Assembly (NCBI RefSeq): GCF_031769215.1
Contig: NW_026782207.1
Coordinates: forward strand, 124,001-188,000
Length of the DNA: 64,000 nt
Source of the DNA: Ylistrum balloti
Taxonomy: Eukaryota
Direction: 5' to 3'
Numbering within the stretch: the stretch's first letter is position 1; the number at the start of each line of letters is the position of its first letter. The notes below the pieces were generated by a model. The model was not told the DNA's origin and did no database searches. It saw only the letters and a list, made by a program, of their open reading frames with translations. The translations under genes and the position numbers were made by a program. Of the stretch, positions 24,401-36,800 are shown piece after piece.

Positions 24401-27400
24401 ATTGATTTGTGTTATTGCAAGTGTATACAACTGTAGGTTGCTGTATACTATATATATATAGTGCATATTGTATGTGAGATGTATGAGAGCTATCTCCCTT
24501 TATTTGTTTTTCCTTGTTTTTCCTTGTTTTTCCTTGTTTTTTTCTGTGGTTATAAATTCACTTTCATTTCAAATTATATACTTTACATCATTACTCTTAA
24601 AATTTGGCTTCGTGTAGAGAATTGATATAGGCTTTGCTTGTTATTCAATCCACATTGACTGTACCACCTTTGTAAATAAAATTTGTTGAAATGAAATATC
24701 TACGACATTATCATTTCCACAGGTCTTAAAAGTTTTCTCAATGGAACACTAGAATCTTCTCATGTGAATCACTGGGAAAGCATGTGGCGTAAAGGAAGGA
24801 TTGATGTGGGCGGTAACAGAGAACTAAGCAAACTCAACTACGGCTCTTTATACTATCTGCTCAGCGAGATCCCGCAGTATGAGACCTATGGACCTTTTTT
24901 TGGTATCTCCTCTGGAGGGCTGGGGCATGGCGGACAATACAATGTAATAAATTTTTATAATCATATTTTAATAATTGACAAATCTGAAAATCTTAGATAT
25001 GTAATCTTAGGCATCTATTCAGTTACTTTGTCTTCAAATATAAACAATGCTTCCGGTGAGGTGTAGCTAAGATGTGAATATTCCGCAAATTACCTAAACT
25101 AGGTTTTGAAACTGAAACTAAACTAAAATTAGTATATAATTTAACAAAGAGATACAGAGACAAAGACGTAGTAGTTACCCCTATATTGGTAAGAAAACTC
25201 GTTTCTCATTAGTTTAGTATTTGCGGGATTATATCGGCGTTGATACTATACAATTTAACACTGTTCTATTCTTCTCATGCACATCACCGGGAGGTTTTTT
25301 GGTTTCTAGGAACGAGATAACATTTTCTCTTACGCTGGACAGGGATATCAACACGTTTTACCGGTGTGAGATTTCCTTATCTCACCCTAGGGTGAGACAA
25401 GCTACATGCGCTCTGTGCACGGTCTTAACAATTATTTGACGTCACTATCTTGACCCTGAAGTGGATAAACTTTTACTATGGCTAATAAGGTCACACACAT
25501 ACACTAGTTCGTCTGCTATCCCTCGGGAAGCCTCGTGTTTGACAACTTAATAATCCCCCTTGGGTTGAAATCCCCCTAAAATTCCCCTATCTTACCTCAA
25601 ATGGGGTGAAATATTTGATTAATCTCACACAGGGTAGGAACAATTATGCTACTGGGGTAGAAATGTACCCCAACAACTTTCATTTTTTCTGCTTTCTTAA
25701 ACCAAAATTTAACTCTTTGATTGAGATATCTTGTCAACAGTATATTTGATATTATATTATATTATATCGTATATTTGTCAATATTATATTTCTTCTTCAA
25801 TGTTTTGAAGGATTACAAAGGCCACGTGTCATGGGATCAGGATACGTGGATGTTTCCTTCTCTCCTAGCTCTACATAGTGATAAAGCCAAGATAATCATG
25901 GAAACTCGTGTGAGGAAACATTCTGAAGCCAAAGCGCTCGCCAAAGCGGTGGGCTACAAAGGGGCTATGTATCCGTGGGAAATCGCTTATAGTGGTAAGA
26001 ATAAGCATTGTTTTATCTCAGGAAGAATCTACACACTCTTAAACAACTTACTCATCGGTCAATGTGTACAGTACTAGACAGATATTTCATGCCTTCCTAA
26101 GCTTTGATTAAAATATTTGACCCGAGATGCAGTTGGCTGCTGCAAGGAAAATGCCGACAATCCATACATAGGAAGCACATTTGTTGGCCTTATCTACAAT
26201 CTCGTCGTGAAAAATCTAGCATGTGGTCAACGAAACAATTATCTTTTTTAAATAAAGCTTTTATGATATAAAAGGTGAGATCATCGAGTACAAACAACCT
26301 TCACAGTCATTATGTTTTCCAATACGGAACGCATTTTTTCTGATACGACAAATACTTCCGAGAAGGCTAATTCAAAATTCAATTATTCCTGCAGGTGGCA
26401 ACGTTTGTCCGACAACCGACTGCTTAAAGTACGAACATCACATTACTGGGGACATTGCACTGGCGTTACAACAATACGTCATGATGACGCGAGACACACA
26501 CTTTATCGCGAATGAGGGTGCATCTGATGTCATCACAGATATTGCAACGTTTTGGATATCAAGAATGAGTCTCAATACGGAAACAAACCAGTATGAAATA
26601 AATGGTATCAATCAAATTTTCAAAAATCATTATCGGAGTTTCTATGAGCGTATGTTATTTTAAGAATTTGTCATTTTGAAATTGATTACAGGTTTTGTTA
26701 AGTGCACTTCCCTATCTGGATTTTGGCATTTATCTCGACCAATTTTAATTTTTCTCAATCGCCTTCCAGGTTTCAACAAATTGACTTTTAGCACCACTGA
26801 AAATCTAGAATGAAGAAACAGCTGTATGATACAGTTTTATTTGTATACAATTCATACAAATGTGGCAAAAAATTCATTTTTTTCTTAGCCGAATTCTTAC
26901 AGCTATATAAACGCTTAAAATATACTATGTATTGTGTCGATATGCCCATAAACGTGTAACTGAACATTTTAAAATTTGCCGTAGAGGTGATGGGTCCTGA
27001 CAAATCCCATTTTCCTGTCAACAACTCCGTCTACACTAACAGTGTGGCCAAGATAAGCCTCCTTTTGCCAAAGTACGCCCTCTCTCTGATCAACAAGACG
27101 GCGGATCCGACATTTGAGGAGACAGCCAAACAAACATACATACCATTTAATGATACAGGGAGATGGCATCCAGAGTTTGATGGCTATGAACTAGGTCTGT
27201 AGCTCAATGTTGTCTGAAGTGGCTAGATCAGAAACAGGAATAGTAATAGAGCAACTTTATCTTACATAATTATGTTAATTTCTTGCATAATTGTCTACTG
27301 ATAACTTCATTACAAATAAAACGTTTCATTTTAATGCTCATTCGCAAAAGACATACATCTAAAATTTCATTTTTAATAATGATGCGTCAATCTCTAAATG

Positions 27401-29312
27401 ACGTCTTTCTATATCATATTTTAAAACGAAAGTATGTATTTTTGAACTTATATAGATGCCTTTGAGTTTTTGCAACTGATTCTGTATAAAACGCTTGTAC
27501 AATTATCTACAGACACAACAGTACAACAGGCAGACGCCATCCTCCTAGGATTTCCACTGATGGCTAATATTACTGACGAAACAAGGAGAAATGATCTGGA
27601 AATTTATGAAAAAGTTGGTATTTTTCTAGTAGAGGTATACGTGTAATGTGATAAGTTTATTCACTCTGATAGACCGGATAGTTTCTGTTTTTTTGCTCTT
27701 GGTTTTATTTACTTGTTGCTTTACTTTACTGATAATGTATCAGTTGGTGATTATTCAAGTTCCATTCTCTTCAGAGGTCGGGTGAAAATATATGTATAAA
27801 TGTGTCGTGACGAGCTACCATTAAAACAATGCTTACTGGTTTAGCTGGTTGTGACTTTTTTTTATATAATGATATTCAAAGCAGTTGTCTAAGCAAGGTT
27901 ATAACTAAAAAACCTTCACGCCCTTTGATACAAAGACCGGAACATATTATCTCAGGAAGCATCGCAGAAGTATTTCAAAAAACATATCTTCATCTCAACA
28001 ATTCAAATATTTAGCACCCGGTCGATTTCATATTTATTAGATAAACTTATTTATTAGATAAACAAATTTTATGAAATCTTATTCTTATATTGTGCCATAA
28101 AACCGAGAAAATGATAGAAAGGGAATAAGGACCAAACGTCCCTCACATATTATAAACCTGATTGTTATCACTGTGTCAAATTTGCTACATATCTGTGTAT
28201 ATTTCAGGTTACACCAACAGCCCCCGCTATGACATGGGCAATGTTTGCAATCGGCTGGCTGGAAGTAAACAACAAACCTAAAGCAGAGGAACAATTCAAC
28301 AAACAAATGAAGAACATTGTTCCACCATTTAACGTGAGTTTGTTCAGTCTCACTTAATAGTTGATATATTTTATGTAAGATTGAACATCTATTCCGTCAT
28401 TCTGTTATGTTGAACATCAAAATAAAGACACCTCTCGGTGTATAATAGTCATGTTACCCAACTCATTCAATATAATTCTCACAGTATTAACAGTTTTATT
28501 TAAAGGCACATGAAAATATTGACTTTATACGTTATCCTTCAATTTGTATTATTTCGTGAAAATTAACCGAGGAACAGAATTACTTGTCCATCTACTTAAT
28601 TGTGAGATCTACTTATCCTCTCGTTGTGCATTTAAAGTGCCTTTGTTAGGAATTACATATTTTCTATTAGCGTTATTGTACCGATATTGTGAACAAGCTT
28701 TACATAATTACAAAATGTTTACTGATGACAGAAAGAATTAAAAGTCAAATTGGAGATTAACGAAGAAACAGATTATATTAATCAGTATCTTTGTTAATAA
28801 TAAACATATTTCGTGATTGTACAATTCTACAAGATGGTCAGAGTTTCTTGTTTTCAATGTAGTAATCTCCAAATACGAAATGAAAAGGTTGTCTGTCTTT
28901 GCGTTGAAAAATAGCATATTTCGCCGGTGAAAATGAAGATAATATAATAATTTTGTTTAAGATATGGTCCAACCCAGCAGACAGTAAGGGAGGCCGGAAC
29001 TATCTGAGCGGTATTGGTGGATACTTACAATCTCTTCTTTATGGATATGGCGGCTTAAGAATATTCCAGGATCGACTTCAATTCAACCCCAACATACCAC
29101 CAAGTTCTACTTCATTCAATCTCACTGGAATCGATTACCTCGGAGGGTCATTTGATTTCAGTTTCTTAAACAATTCGATGTTAATAACCCAGACGTCACC
29201 ATCCATAGGTGAAATAAAGATTGTTATAACTTCTACTGGAGAAACAGAGACATTAAAGGTCGGGGCGGTAGTCCAGTATCCTAGGTCAAAAGCCTATTTG
29301 ATGCTTGTATGA
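21466..29312 (+). CDS. PGGHG: PGGHG-like GH65 protein, copy 2 (730 aa); intact frame but catalytic Glu residues replaced (predicted pseudoenzyme)
   Basis: Exons 21466-21665, 22412-22617, 23068-23272, 24042-24220, 24723-24943, 25811-25994, 26395-26604, 26985-27194, 27513-27613, 28208-28333, 28962-29312; exon sizes identical to copy 1, all GT-AG. Same motif set, including GHVSWD, PWEIA, PDKS, QQAD and WSN. AATAAA at 29338. Confidence 0.93.
23420..23522 (-). repeat. Dispersed repeat family A, copy 3 (intronic, reverse)
   Basis: Reverse complement reads ttgaccaatatttacatggcaggtgtcgtcgatgaagcagaagatgcttactc, matching 40920. Confidence 0.7.
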
Positions 29313-29486
29313 TATCTAACTGTAAGAAGTTTTATTAAATAAAGTATGATAAAGATATATGTGTGCGACTACGTTGTATCCATTGACTCTATTGGTAATA
29401 GCATAACTTAAATTTGTTCATTTCAATGTCAAAATTATTATGTTCTAATCGATACGATAGTACTTAAGTGTTTGTTATGTATATAT

Positions 29487-30029
29487 AAACAAGAGGCCCA
29501 AAAGGACCTGTATCCCTTACCTGGTTTAGTTCGCTGAAATATGTTCATCTGAAGTAAAGGCAAAACTGTAAAGATATATGTCTATTTCTCATATAAGGCA
29601 CTAAGCCCCAAGGGGATCACCTGCAGAATCCTGACATTCCTCCATAAGAAGAGTGATTTAAGTAATTTTGTTTTCCGGGCCTCGCACTATTCGTCGTAGG
29701 CGCTGAAACCAATCATTCATGCAAAATTGAAACCCCTGCAACAAATGATGACTCCGACCAAATTTAGATAAAATTCCATTATTCCCTAACGAAGAGAAGG
29801 AATTTTAAGAATTTGTTAAATTTCCACTTTTGAGCATCGCCCCTAGACTTCATGAGGGTCAGATGCATTGATTATACAACAATGCGTCTACTTCCCCAAT
29901 TATTTTGCTGACCGACTCATTTATGTGCAGAAGCAATTTGTTTGAAAAATTAACGGACGGACAGACGGATGACGAACGCTGAGGTATGTCACAAACTAAC
30001 TTGGATCCTCGGTCCAGGTGGGCAAAAAA
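29487..30029 (-). mobile_element. Non-autonomous Helentron-like (HINE) element
   Basis: On the minus strand it begins tttttgcccacctgga, has catccgtctgtccgtccg near the 5' end, and ends ccaggtaagggatacaggtccttttgggcctcttgtt (CACCTGG/CCAGGT subterminal inverted repeat, hairpin, CTTGTT). It sits between T-runs. Confidence 0.75.
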
Positions 30030-30601
30030 CTCTATACCTCTAATGGAGCAAGAAGTGTTTTTCTCCAATTTATAAAGTAGCAGCCCAGCAGATGAAACAT
30101 CGGTTCTCATTCAACATCAACATGATTGGCAGAGTTGTAGACAGAAAGATTCATCCACCCACATACATCTTTCTTACAGTACTGAATATGTCATTTTGCA
30201 TTTTGAATAAATGATTTAATACTTCTATTGTAGTGTAGTTTTGTACACGAAAAATAAATGAAAATATTATTACAACATAACCACGGGCTTACTGGGTACT
30301 CATGTTTTCGCTCACAATATAACCCCTCGAGTGCCTCCATCAGGCTCCACAAGGGTATGTCACAATTGTTGTATAGTATATTTAATACATAAAAGAGCAT
30401 GGTGGATATTTTTACAATTTCTCTAATAATTAAAAATTCCGTTATATTTTAATGTTGTTTTTTTTTCAATAAGATATATTCAAATGACCCACTTAATGTT
30501 CTTAAATCGTACAGGATGGTTTGGTAAACAAGTACAATGATCGCACTTCAAGGATGACATGCCTAGGGAGAGCTGGTGTAAAGTTTACATGCCTGAGAAG
30601 G

Positions 30602-30698
30602 GGTGGTGTAACACCACCAGTAACGTCCCATGGTCAATGTCAACACATAACATTATTAAGGAAAAAAGTGTAACAGAATACAGGAATCTCAAGTAAGT
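30602..30698 (+). promoter_or_regulatory. Putative promoter/non-coding first exon of PGGHG copy 3
   Basis: Consensus donor CAA|GTAAGT after 30692, 188 nt upstream of the acceptor at 30880 that precedes ATG 30884. Inverted repeat GGTGGTGT-A-ACACCACC at 30602-30618. Confidence 0.4.
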
Positions 30699-30883
30699 AT
30701 AATTTTGTTTGTTTTGTTTTCGTGTAACAAGTTGAACGAGGAATATTTCATTGGTTTTAATTGGTACTAGAAAAATAACCTGCGTCGAATGACAAATCAT
30801 AATTATTCAATCGATTACTACTAGTTTATTTCTCTGTTTAAAAAGGTACATATCGTAGTGGTCACATTATTATTTTACAGATA

Positions 30884-33800
30884 ATGCGTGGTTTAAGCCA
30901 ACGGGAGGCGTTAGTCTTATTGATACTGATATGCTGGTATACTGATATAGGGTCAGGCAGGGCGGCTTTCGAGAAAAAAGATGGTGATCATCATGATGAC
31001 CTTGTGACACTATTTCACGGACCATTGACTAAGAAGATCAAGGATACCAGGAGGTCATACCCAGACTTCCTTAATCCTGATGTCACAGTTATATCTGTTG
31101 ACAGGTAATGATAAGCAATTTTTTACCGAACATCCATTACATAAATCACGTGATCCTGTCAATAAAATTGTGATTTTGGGTGTCAAACTATAGAAAATGA
31201 AACTTTAGTGTCAACACAAAGATAGAATAAGTGATGATAAGATTGTACAAATGGACGAAAATATACAACGAGCCATCCAAACGCAAAGCCTTAAAACGAA
31301 GGATTTAAACATATTATACTATTTATGGAATGAAACTTTAATCATTCAAAATGGTTCCAAAAATGACCGATAATTTTATTAATGAATATTACATCTAATT
31401 TTTTAATCGACTGACTTTTTTTTACCTAGTTTGCCTGATGCTGCGTCCATGCCAACCATTGGTAATGGTTACATAGCAACACTTGTTCACAGTGACACCA
31501 TGTATGTAGATGGTGTTTACAATGGCTACAATGGAACGAGTCATAGGGCCAGACTACGGTCGACGTCATCTATTAACATCACTGATTTCTCCTTCCCTGT
31601 TACATACCGGAAGTACTCACTGGACGTCGGAAGAGGTGTGGTCTTTTAGTTTCTTTTACACTTAAAATCTGATACACTGACGACATGTATCATATATATT
31701 TAGGATATATTTTAACAAAGAAATATATGTCTATATTTCTGTTACAAAAAACGCAAATGTTATATGTAATAGTTATGATGAAAACTTCTGTTATATTTCC
31801 TATCATAATTTTATGTATCTAATTTCAAGTTGACTTGTTACATTTTTTCTTAAAATATTATCTGAGCACGAAATTATTGCACAGTACAGTTTATGCTTCA
31901 CTTAACTACGCTAGAAATGAAATCCAAGCTTGTTAAGTTTTAGTACTTTGAAAGAATCTTATTTTCTTTTTCGGAAAAAAGGTGCATTTGTTTGCCGGTT
32001 GTGTAAAGCAAATGAAAATGGCACCAAATCGATGAATTTCGAAAAAAAGTAAATAAATAAATAAAAATTACTTCCGGCTTTCAAGAATCAACGAAGAATT
32101 GTCAGTGACTATCTCTGGAACAGTTACTTGACAGTTAAAACGAGTGAGAGGACATATTAATACTCTATAAATTTTTGTTACTTGCACGAGATTCATGACA
32201 TTACATGTTACATGCTAATTATTAATTGATAAGAACCTGAGGAATCTTCTAAACAGAGATATCTAAATATATGTATGGTGGGTGGTCGGGTGGGTGGTCG
32301 GGTGGGTGGTCGGGTGGCGCAGTGTTAACGCACTCGCCTTTCACCTAGCCGACCGGGGTTCGATTCCCGGAACGGACGTGAAAAGGTAAGGGGTCACCTG
32401 CCCGACCGCGTGGGTTTTCCCCGGGTACTCCGGTTTCCTCCCACAATAAGGCCCCTCGCGCACTTACATCCGGGCCAACAAGAGTGATTAGTATAAGTTT
32501 AAATAACTTGTTTCGCAATTGTTGTAAAACAAATAAAGTTTATATATATATATATATTTTTTTTTAAATATATGTATAAAATGCATTTTGCGTCAGATAT
32601 TTCCTCTCAGAAGATAGACACAAGGCTTAATAAAATCTCATGTCAACCTCTTGAACTTTGAGATTTTACTTCAGTGTTTGTTCTATTGGTTTTGACATTT
32701 GTACATTGGCAGGTATGTACGTTGAAGAGTACACGTCTGATGACGTCAGAGTGGAAATGAACATGTACGCCCACCAATGGATGAATCGTTTACTAGTTAC
32801 CGAGATATCTGTAGTCAATAACGGAAGTATACCTATACATCTTAACCTGTCACAGAACCTCGGCCTCTCCAGTGAAGATGTGTCATTCCAAACTGTTGAC
32901 AAACAAATTCTAAACCAATTCCGGTACGATTGTTTTTGTTTTTGTCAACACTAACGGCAGTGTTTCTGTCTATGCTATCTCATTCCAGTATACTCATTTA
33001 AAATATTTGGCGTCAGTAAGGATCTAACCAATATCAATTTTCGGCGATTCCATTACGTTTGCATATTCATCAACAATTACATTTCTATCGATATCAGATA
33101 TCTGTTTTGTTGGGTTGAGTAGGATCATGATTTTTTTAATTAACAGAAGCACGTTTTAAAGCATTAATTATATAAAACATCCTATTACAATCCATATGTT
33201 TTCTTCTCTAAAAAGAATGGATTACGGTGCAACAATTGAACCCGAGTATGCGATACAGGACAAGATAAGCCTCGTGGCTTTGTCCACCTTGGTGCCTGCT
33301 ACTATCACTGTGGAAGCTGGAGGAAATGTCAGATATTTGTTTCAGACATGTGTAGAATCAAACTTAAAGAATACGATTGAGTCTTTCCAGGAGGGTAAGT
33401 CAGATTCTTCGAAAACAAAAATGATAGCATGGGTTTTGTTTTGTACCTATATCTAAAGTCATTGCGGGCAATTTCGAAATAAGCGCCTCCCCGATATCAA
33501 TATCTTAGGCCACTCTCATCACTGACGAGCTCTAGAAGGAAGAAAAATCTGTAGGATGCAACTAAATTAATTATTTGGCGCTAATCTAATCTAAAATTTG
33601 TATTGATAGACTACATTCACCTTCGTATTTTGTACAGTCGTTCGACATTTTCATTCCCAATAGATTGTACAATGCCCTACATCAGCTTTCGGAAGAATGG
33701 CTTAATGTCATTTTTAGAATGTAGTATAGTACAGTTAATGGTATTACAATAAATAAATCTATCACATTTTTTTTTTAATTTAATCTTTTCTTCCCAATAA

Positions 33801-36800
33801 GGTATAAATTATTTTTTTAATGGAACAATGACTAGTTCACACGAGCAGCAATGGGAGGAGATATGGCGAAAAGGAAGGATAGATGTCGATTCTACTGTCA
33901 ATTTCAGCAGAATCAATTACGCCGCGTTGTATTATCTTCTAAGTGAGATTCCTCGATCTGATAGTTATGGCCCTTTCTTCGGGATCTCACCAGGGGGATT
34001 AGCGCATGGTGCTTTGCATAAGGTATATGTGAAATCTACCTCAATTCTGTGTCATCTTTGGTTGAAAAATGCTCCAGAAGTCTATTTCTCTTGAAAGGAG
34101 TAACTTCAAATGAAATCATTCTTCATCTATGACAAAGATTTCACACAGCCAATATCTATATTTCATTATAGTTATTTTCATACAATATACTTAATTTTAT
34201 ACCCAATATACCCATTAACATATAATATTTTCTCAAATCTTCATGTAAAAACCCATTTTGAGAAAAATTATTTCGGAAAATGAAAGGTCAAGGCATCGCT
34301 TACGCGCCAGTCCAAAAGTAGTTTAAAACATTCCCTACTTATGGTTCTTTGATTTGTTTTAAAATTTTGCACACATTGAATGTAATATAAGGAAACGAAA
34401 CGTCAAAATTATCTGTCTATGCCATTTCAAAGTAATATTGAAATATATATACTAGAAATGTATAGATGTAATTTCTCGATATCATGGAAACCTATATATA
34501 ATGAAATATCTGTGTTTAGGATTATCAGGGGCATATCTTCTGGGACCAAGAAACTTGGATGTTCCCTCCTGTACTTGTCTTGCATAAAGACAGAGGAAAG
34601 AAAATAATAAAAACGCGAATTACAAAACATTCATCTGCTAAACAAATTGCAAAACTAAGAGGTTATGATGGAGCGATGTACCCGTGGGAAAGCGCATATA
34701 CTGGTAAATATATTCCACTTATTAATGCTGGTAAATGTATTCCACTTATTTATGCTGGTAAATATATTTTACTTATTTATACTGGTAAATATATTTCACT
34801 TATTTTTACTGGTAAATATATTTTACTTATTTATACTGGTAAATATATTTCACTTATTTTTACTGGTAAATATATTCCACTTATTTATACTGGTAAATAT
34901 ATTCCACTTATTTATACTGGTAAATATATTCCACTTATTTATGCTGGTAAATGTATTCCACTTATTTTTACTGGTAAATATATTCCACTTATTTATACTG
35001 ATAAATATTTTCCCCGGATTTATGCTGGTAAAGGTATTCCACTTCTTTATGCTGGTAAATCTATTCCACTTATTTATACTGGTAAATATATTTCACTTAT
35101 TTTTACTGGTAAATATATTCCACTTATTTATACTGGTAAATATATTTTACTTATTTTTACTGGTAAATATATTCCACTTATTTTTACTGGTAAATATATT
35201 TCACTTATTTTTACTGGTAAATATATTTCACTTATTTTTACTGGTAAATATATTTCACTTATTTTTACTGGTAAATATATTCCACTTATTTATGCTGGTA
35301 AATATATTCCACTTATTTTTACTGGTAAATATATTCCACTTATTTATGCTGGTAAATGTATTCCACTTATTTTTACTGGTAAATATATTCCACTTATTTA
35401 TACTGATAAATATTTTCCCCGGATTTATGCTGGTAAAGGTATTCCACTTCTTTATGCTGGTAAATCTATTCCACTTATTTATACTGGTAAATATATTTCA
35501 CTTATTTTTACTGGTAAATATATTCCACTTATTTATACTGGTCAATATATTTTACTTATTTTTACTGGTAAATATATTCCACTTATTTTTACTGGTAAAT
35601 ATATTTGACTTATTTTTACTGGTAAATATATTCCACTTATTTTTACTGGTAAATATATTTCACTTATTTTTACTGGTAAATATATTCCACTTATTTATGC
35701 TGGTAAATATATTCCACTTATTTTTACTGGTAAATATATTCCACTTATTTATGCTGGTAAATGTATTCCACTTATTTTTACTGGTAAATATATTCCACTT
35801 ATTTATACTGATAAATATTTTCCCCGGATTTATGCTGGTAAATGTATTCCACTTCTTTATGCTGGTAAATCTATTCCACTTATTTATAATGGTAAATATA
35901 TTTCACTTATTTTTACTGGTAAATATATTCCACTTATTTATACTGGTAAATATATTTTACTTATTTTTACTGGTAAATATATTCCACTTATTTTTACTGG
36001 TAAATATATTCCACTTATTTTTACTGGTAAATATATTTCACTTATTTTTACTGGTAAATATATTTCACTTATTTTTACTGGTAAATATATTTCACTTATT
36101 TTTACTGGTAAATATATTCCACTTATTTATGCTGGTAAATATATTCCACTTATTTATGCTGGTAAATATATTCCACTTATTTATGCTGGTAAATGTATTC
36201 CACTTATTTTTACTGGTAAATATATTCCACTTATTTATACTGATAAATATTTTCCCCGGATTTATGCTGGTAAAGGTATTCCACTTCTTTATGCTGGTAA
36301 ATCTATTCCACTTATTTATACTGGTAAATATATTTCACTTATTTTTACTGGTAAATATATTCCACTTATTTATACTGGTAAATATATTTTACTTATTTTT
36401 ACTGGTAAATATATTCCACTTATTTTTACTGGTAAATATATTTCACTTATTTTTACTGGTAAATATATTTCACTTATTTTTACTGGTAAATATATTTTAC
36501 TTATTTATACTGGTAAATATATTTCACTTATTTTTACTGGTAAATATATTCCACTTATTTTTACTGGTAAATATATTTCACTTATTTTTACTGGTAAATA
36601 TATTTCACTTATTTTTACTGGTAAATATATTTTACTTATTTATACTGGTAAATATATTTCACTTATTTTTACTGGTAAATATATTCCACTTATTTTTACT
36701 GGTAAATATATTTCACTTATTTTTACTGGTAAATATATTTCACTTATTTTTACTGGTAAATATATTTCACTTATTTATACTGGTAAATATATTTCACTTA

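Noticed and set aside
25380-25397. Perfect 18-bp palindrome TCTCACCCTAGGGTGAGA
   Set aside because: Absent from the matching intron of copy 1 and embedded in what looks like an inserted repeat; most likely the centre of a decayed non-autonomous transposon whose ends I could not define.
11459-29312. Copies 1 and 2 as a haplotype or assembly duplication, or as decayed pseudogenes
   Set aside because: Introns differ in length and TE content and exon 4 differs at about a third of residues, so they are not alleles. Both have full frames, intact splice sites, polyA signals and many synonymous differences, so they are not decayed.
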